NCBI GenBank assembly: GCA_013416795.1
Contig: RQSC01000004.1
Coordinates: 125,474 to 144,023 of the forward strand
Origin: Prasinococcaceae sp. CCMP 1430
Lineage: Eukaryota; Plantae; Prasinodermophyta
Reading direction: 5' to 3'
DNA length: 18,550 nucleotides
Part shown: positions 16,423 through 18,550 of the stretch, in pieces
How positions within the stretch are numbered: position 1 is the stretch's first letter
Layout: each line of letters opens with the position of its first letter
Notes under the pieces: generated by a model
Databases searched by the model: none
What the model was told of the DNA's origin: nothing
Seen by the model: only the letters and a program-made list of their open reading frames with translations
Translations under genes and position numbers: made by a program

Positions 16423-18421
16423 TCACGCGCGTTGGCGCTTGGCCCCGCGCGCGGCGGTCGCCACCGCGGTGCCGGCCTGGCGCTTCCGCGGGCGCGCCTT
16501 GCCGCCCTTCTCCGCAGCGGCGGCGGCGGCGGCGGCGGCGTGCGCAGACGACGTCCCGGCCGCGTGGACATCGTGCGCCTTGGCGGAGGCGACCGCGCCG
16601 CTCTTGGCGGCAGCCTTGGCCGCGGCAGACTTGTGCGCAGTCGTGGTGGCGTCCTTCTTGCAGAACGGGCAGGTGCGTGAGGGGCTGCCAATGCGCGCGT
16701 TGCAGTGCGGGCAGTCCTTGTACCCCTTGCCCGGGCCGTCGCTGGGACGGTTGCGGCGCCTGCGCGTTCCGCCCGAGCGCCCGGGCGTTGGCACGGGCCG
16801 CTTGGCCACGCTGCCGGCGGCGAGGGCGCGCTGCTGATCCGCGGCGTCCTTCGCCCCCGCGGCGCCCGGCGCGCGGCCTTCACCAGGGGTCGCCAGACGC
16901 GCGCGGGCGTTCGAGAGCGCTGCGGCCGTGTCCAGCTTGGACGTGCGACGCACAGGCGACGTGGCGTCGTCGCCGCCCGACTGCGCCTGGCCGGTCGTGG
17001 CGGCTGAGCCGCCGCCGCCCGCGCCGGGCGTCGCCGCGCGCGGGACGGCGTTGTCGTCCGCGTCGGTCGGCCCCTTGGGCCTTCTCCTGCCTGAGGCGCG
17101 CTTGGGCTTGCCCGTGCCGGCGCTTCCGGTGCTGTTGGTCGTCAGCGCGCTGGCGCGGCGCCCGCCCTGGTTGGCCTGCGCGGGCGACTCCGCCTCCCTC
17201 GCCTCGGGCACCGTCGGCGCGAACGACGGCTCCGGGATCTGGGGCAGGGCCTCGGTGCCCTCGAACGAGCGCGCGGGCAGCGCGGCCATGACGGCCACCT
17301 GGTGCTCGAGCACGCCGCCCCACGTGCTGAGCACGCGCTTCGCGAGCTCGGCCATATACTTGTTGCTGCTCGCCGCGATCTGGCGCACGGCGTCCACCGC
17401 GCCGGTGCGCTCGAGCAGCGGCAGGTTCATGTGGGTCGCGCTGAGCCTTCGAAGGTCGGCGATGACGGTGTTGAAGGTCGTGAGGTCGGCCTGGCCGCCC
17501 GTCACCACCGCTCGCACCTCCTCGGAGCGCAGGCGCTCCGTGGCCTCCCGGACGGCGCGCTCCTCGCCGGTGGGCGGCTCGTTGCGCAGGAAGGCGTGCG
17601 CCTCGCGCCGCGCCATGCTCGTCGCCGCGCGGCGGGCGCGGCTGCCGTCGGCCGCGGCGGCNNNNNNNNNNNNNNNNNNNNNNNNNNNNNNNNNNNNNNN
17701 NNNNNNNNNNNNNNNNNNNNNNNNNNNNNNNNNNNNNNNNNNNNNNNNNNNNNNNNNNNNNNNNNNNNNNCGCGTCGGCGGCCTCGGGCGCGCCCGCGTC
17801 GGCGGCCTCGGGCTCGCCCGCGCGGCCGGGCGACGGCGCCGGCTGCGGCTGGGGTTGCGTCGACACCATCATCTCCCGCAGCCAGTGGAGCACCGCGCGC
17901 TGGTTGCGGAACGAGTGGCGCATGCCCTTGCTGTCGAAGGGCGGCTCGGTGTGGTACTCGTAGTGGCCGTCGCGCGTGCCGAGCTCGCGCCCGACCACCG
18001 CGAGGACCTCCTCGTTGGTGTCCTTCTCGACGAGGTAGAAGCGCACGCCCTTTCGCCCGTCGGGCTCGGTGAACTCCTCCTGCCTGCGGTCGACGAAGCG
18101 CGGCTCCTCGACCACGCGCGCGGCGTTGTCCACCTCCGGCGTGGAGGGCGGCAGCGTGCACCTGCTCTTGACGATGCCCTTGTCGAGCCAGTCGCAGACC
18201 TCCTTGCTGTTGTTGCATATGAGCCTGCCGAAGGCGGCCTCGGCCTCGGGCGTGGACGTGTACTTGTAGTGGCCGTCGCCCTGCGCCGTCTCGGTGCCCG
18301 TCGCCGCGAGCATCTCCTCGCCGGCGTCGTCCACCACGAAGTACTTGGTGACGCGCGGCCGCCCCGCGCTGTGCTCCTTCGACATCTTCTCCTCGCGGAA
18401 CATGGTGAAGTGCGACGACAT
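16423..18421 (-). CDS. Putative chromatin/transcription regulator: two copies of an uncharacterised N-terminal module, TFIIS-N (LW/Med26-type) domain, C-terminal C4 zinc ribbon; one gene spanning an assembly gap
   Basis: ATG at 18421, open to the gap. After the gap another open frame runs to TGA at 16423-16425. TFIIS-N-like LRRLSATHMNLPLLERTGAVDAVRQIAASSNKYMAELAKRVLSTW at about 17310-17480. CPHC-x9-CPFC at 16660-16713. Basic NLS-like tail PRKRQ..AKRQR. Confidence 0.75.
17662..17770. other. Assembly gap (109 N) adjacent to a 24-nt coding tandem repeat
   Basis: N run. The unit CGCGTCGGCGGCCTCGGG recurs at 17771 and 17795 (period 24, encodes PEAADAGA). Confidence 0.95.
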
Positions 18422-18550
18422 GGCGAGCGAGGTGGCTCGCCAAGCGCTCGGGCTCGCCCGCTCGCGCTCGCCTCGCTCGCTCGCGCCCGGCCTCGCCCGT
18501 CCGCCTTGCGCCGCGCCTTCTGAGCGCGGCAGCCGTGCGCCCCCTCGGGC

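Noticed and set aside
16407-16425. 8-bp hairpin TGAGCTGC-GGC-GCAGCTCA overlapping the TGA stop of the TFIIS-N gene (possible recoding signal)
   Set aside because: Short stem, no SECIS-like features, and no coding-like frame downstream of the stop.
16677-18523. Long plus-strand ORFs opposite the TFIIS-N gene (for example 16928..18523)
   Set aside because: Antisense shadow ORFs that also read through Ns; no motifs.

Overview
This is very GC-rich, gene-dense eukaryotic DNA with spliceosomal GT-AG introns of about 100-200 nt. It is most likely a green alga, inferred from a plant-type serine racemase and a plant-type DDA1-SAP protein. From left to right: (1) an unusual minus-strand ORF joining one ankyrin-like repeat to the linker, zinc knuckle and restriction-like endonuclease (RLE) of a CRE/R2-type non-LTR retroelement, with no reverse transcriptase. 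A single in-frame TAG in a TAG-CTAG context separates it from an HPD-containing J-domain-like frame that runs off the left edge. (2) An intronless ABCF2/Arb1-type ATPase (-). (3) An intronless SCYL2-like pseudokinase (-). (4) A divergently transcribed, multi-exon animal-type 6TM voltage-gated K+ channel (+). (5) A DDA1-like + SAP gene (-). (6) The 3' part of a serine racemase (-), which abuts a RanBP2 zinc-finger Gly-rich gene fragment at a single-N assembly junction. (7) A putative chromatin/transcription protein (-) with two copies of an uncharacterised module, a TFIIS-N/LW domain and a C4 zinc ribbon, interrupted by a 109-N gap. Most long ORFs in the supplied track are antisense or alternate-frame shadows caused by GC bias. 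All family assignments come from motif recognition by eye; no searches were run.
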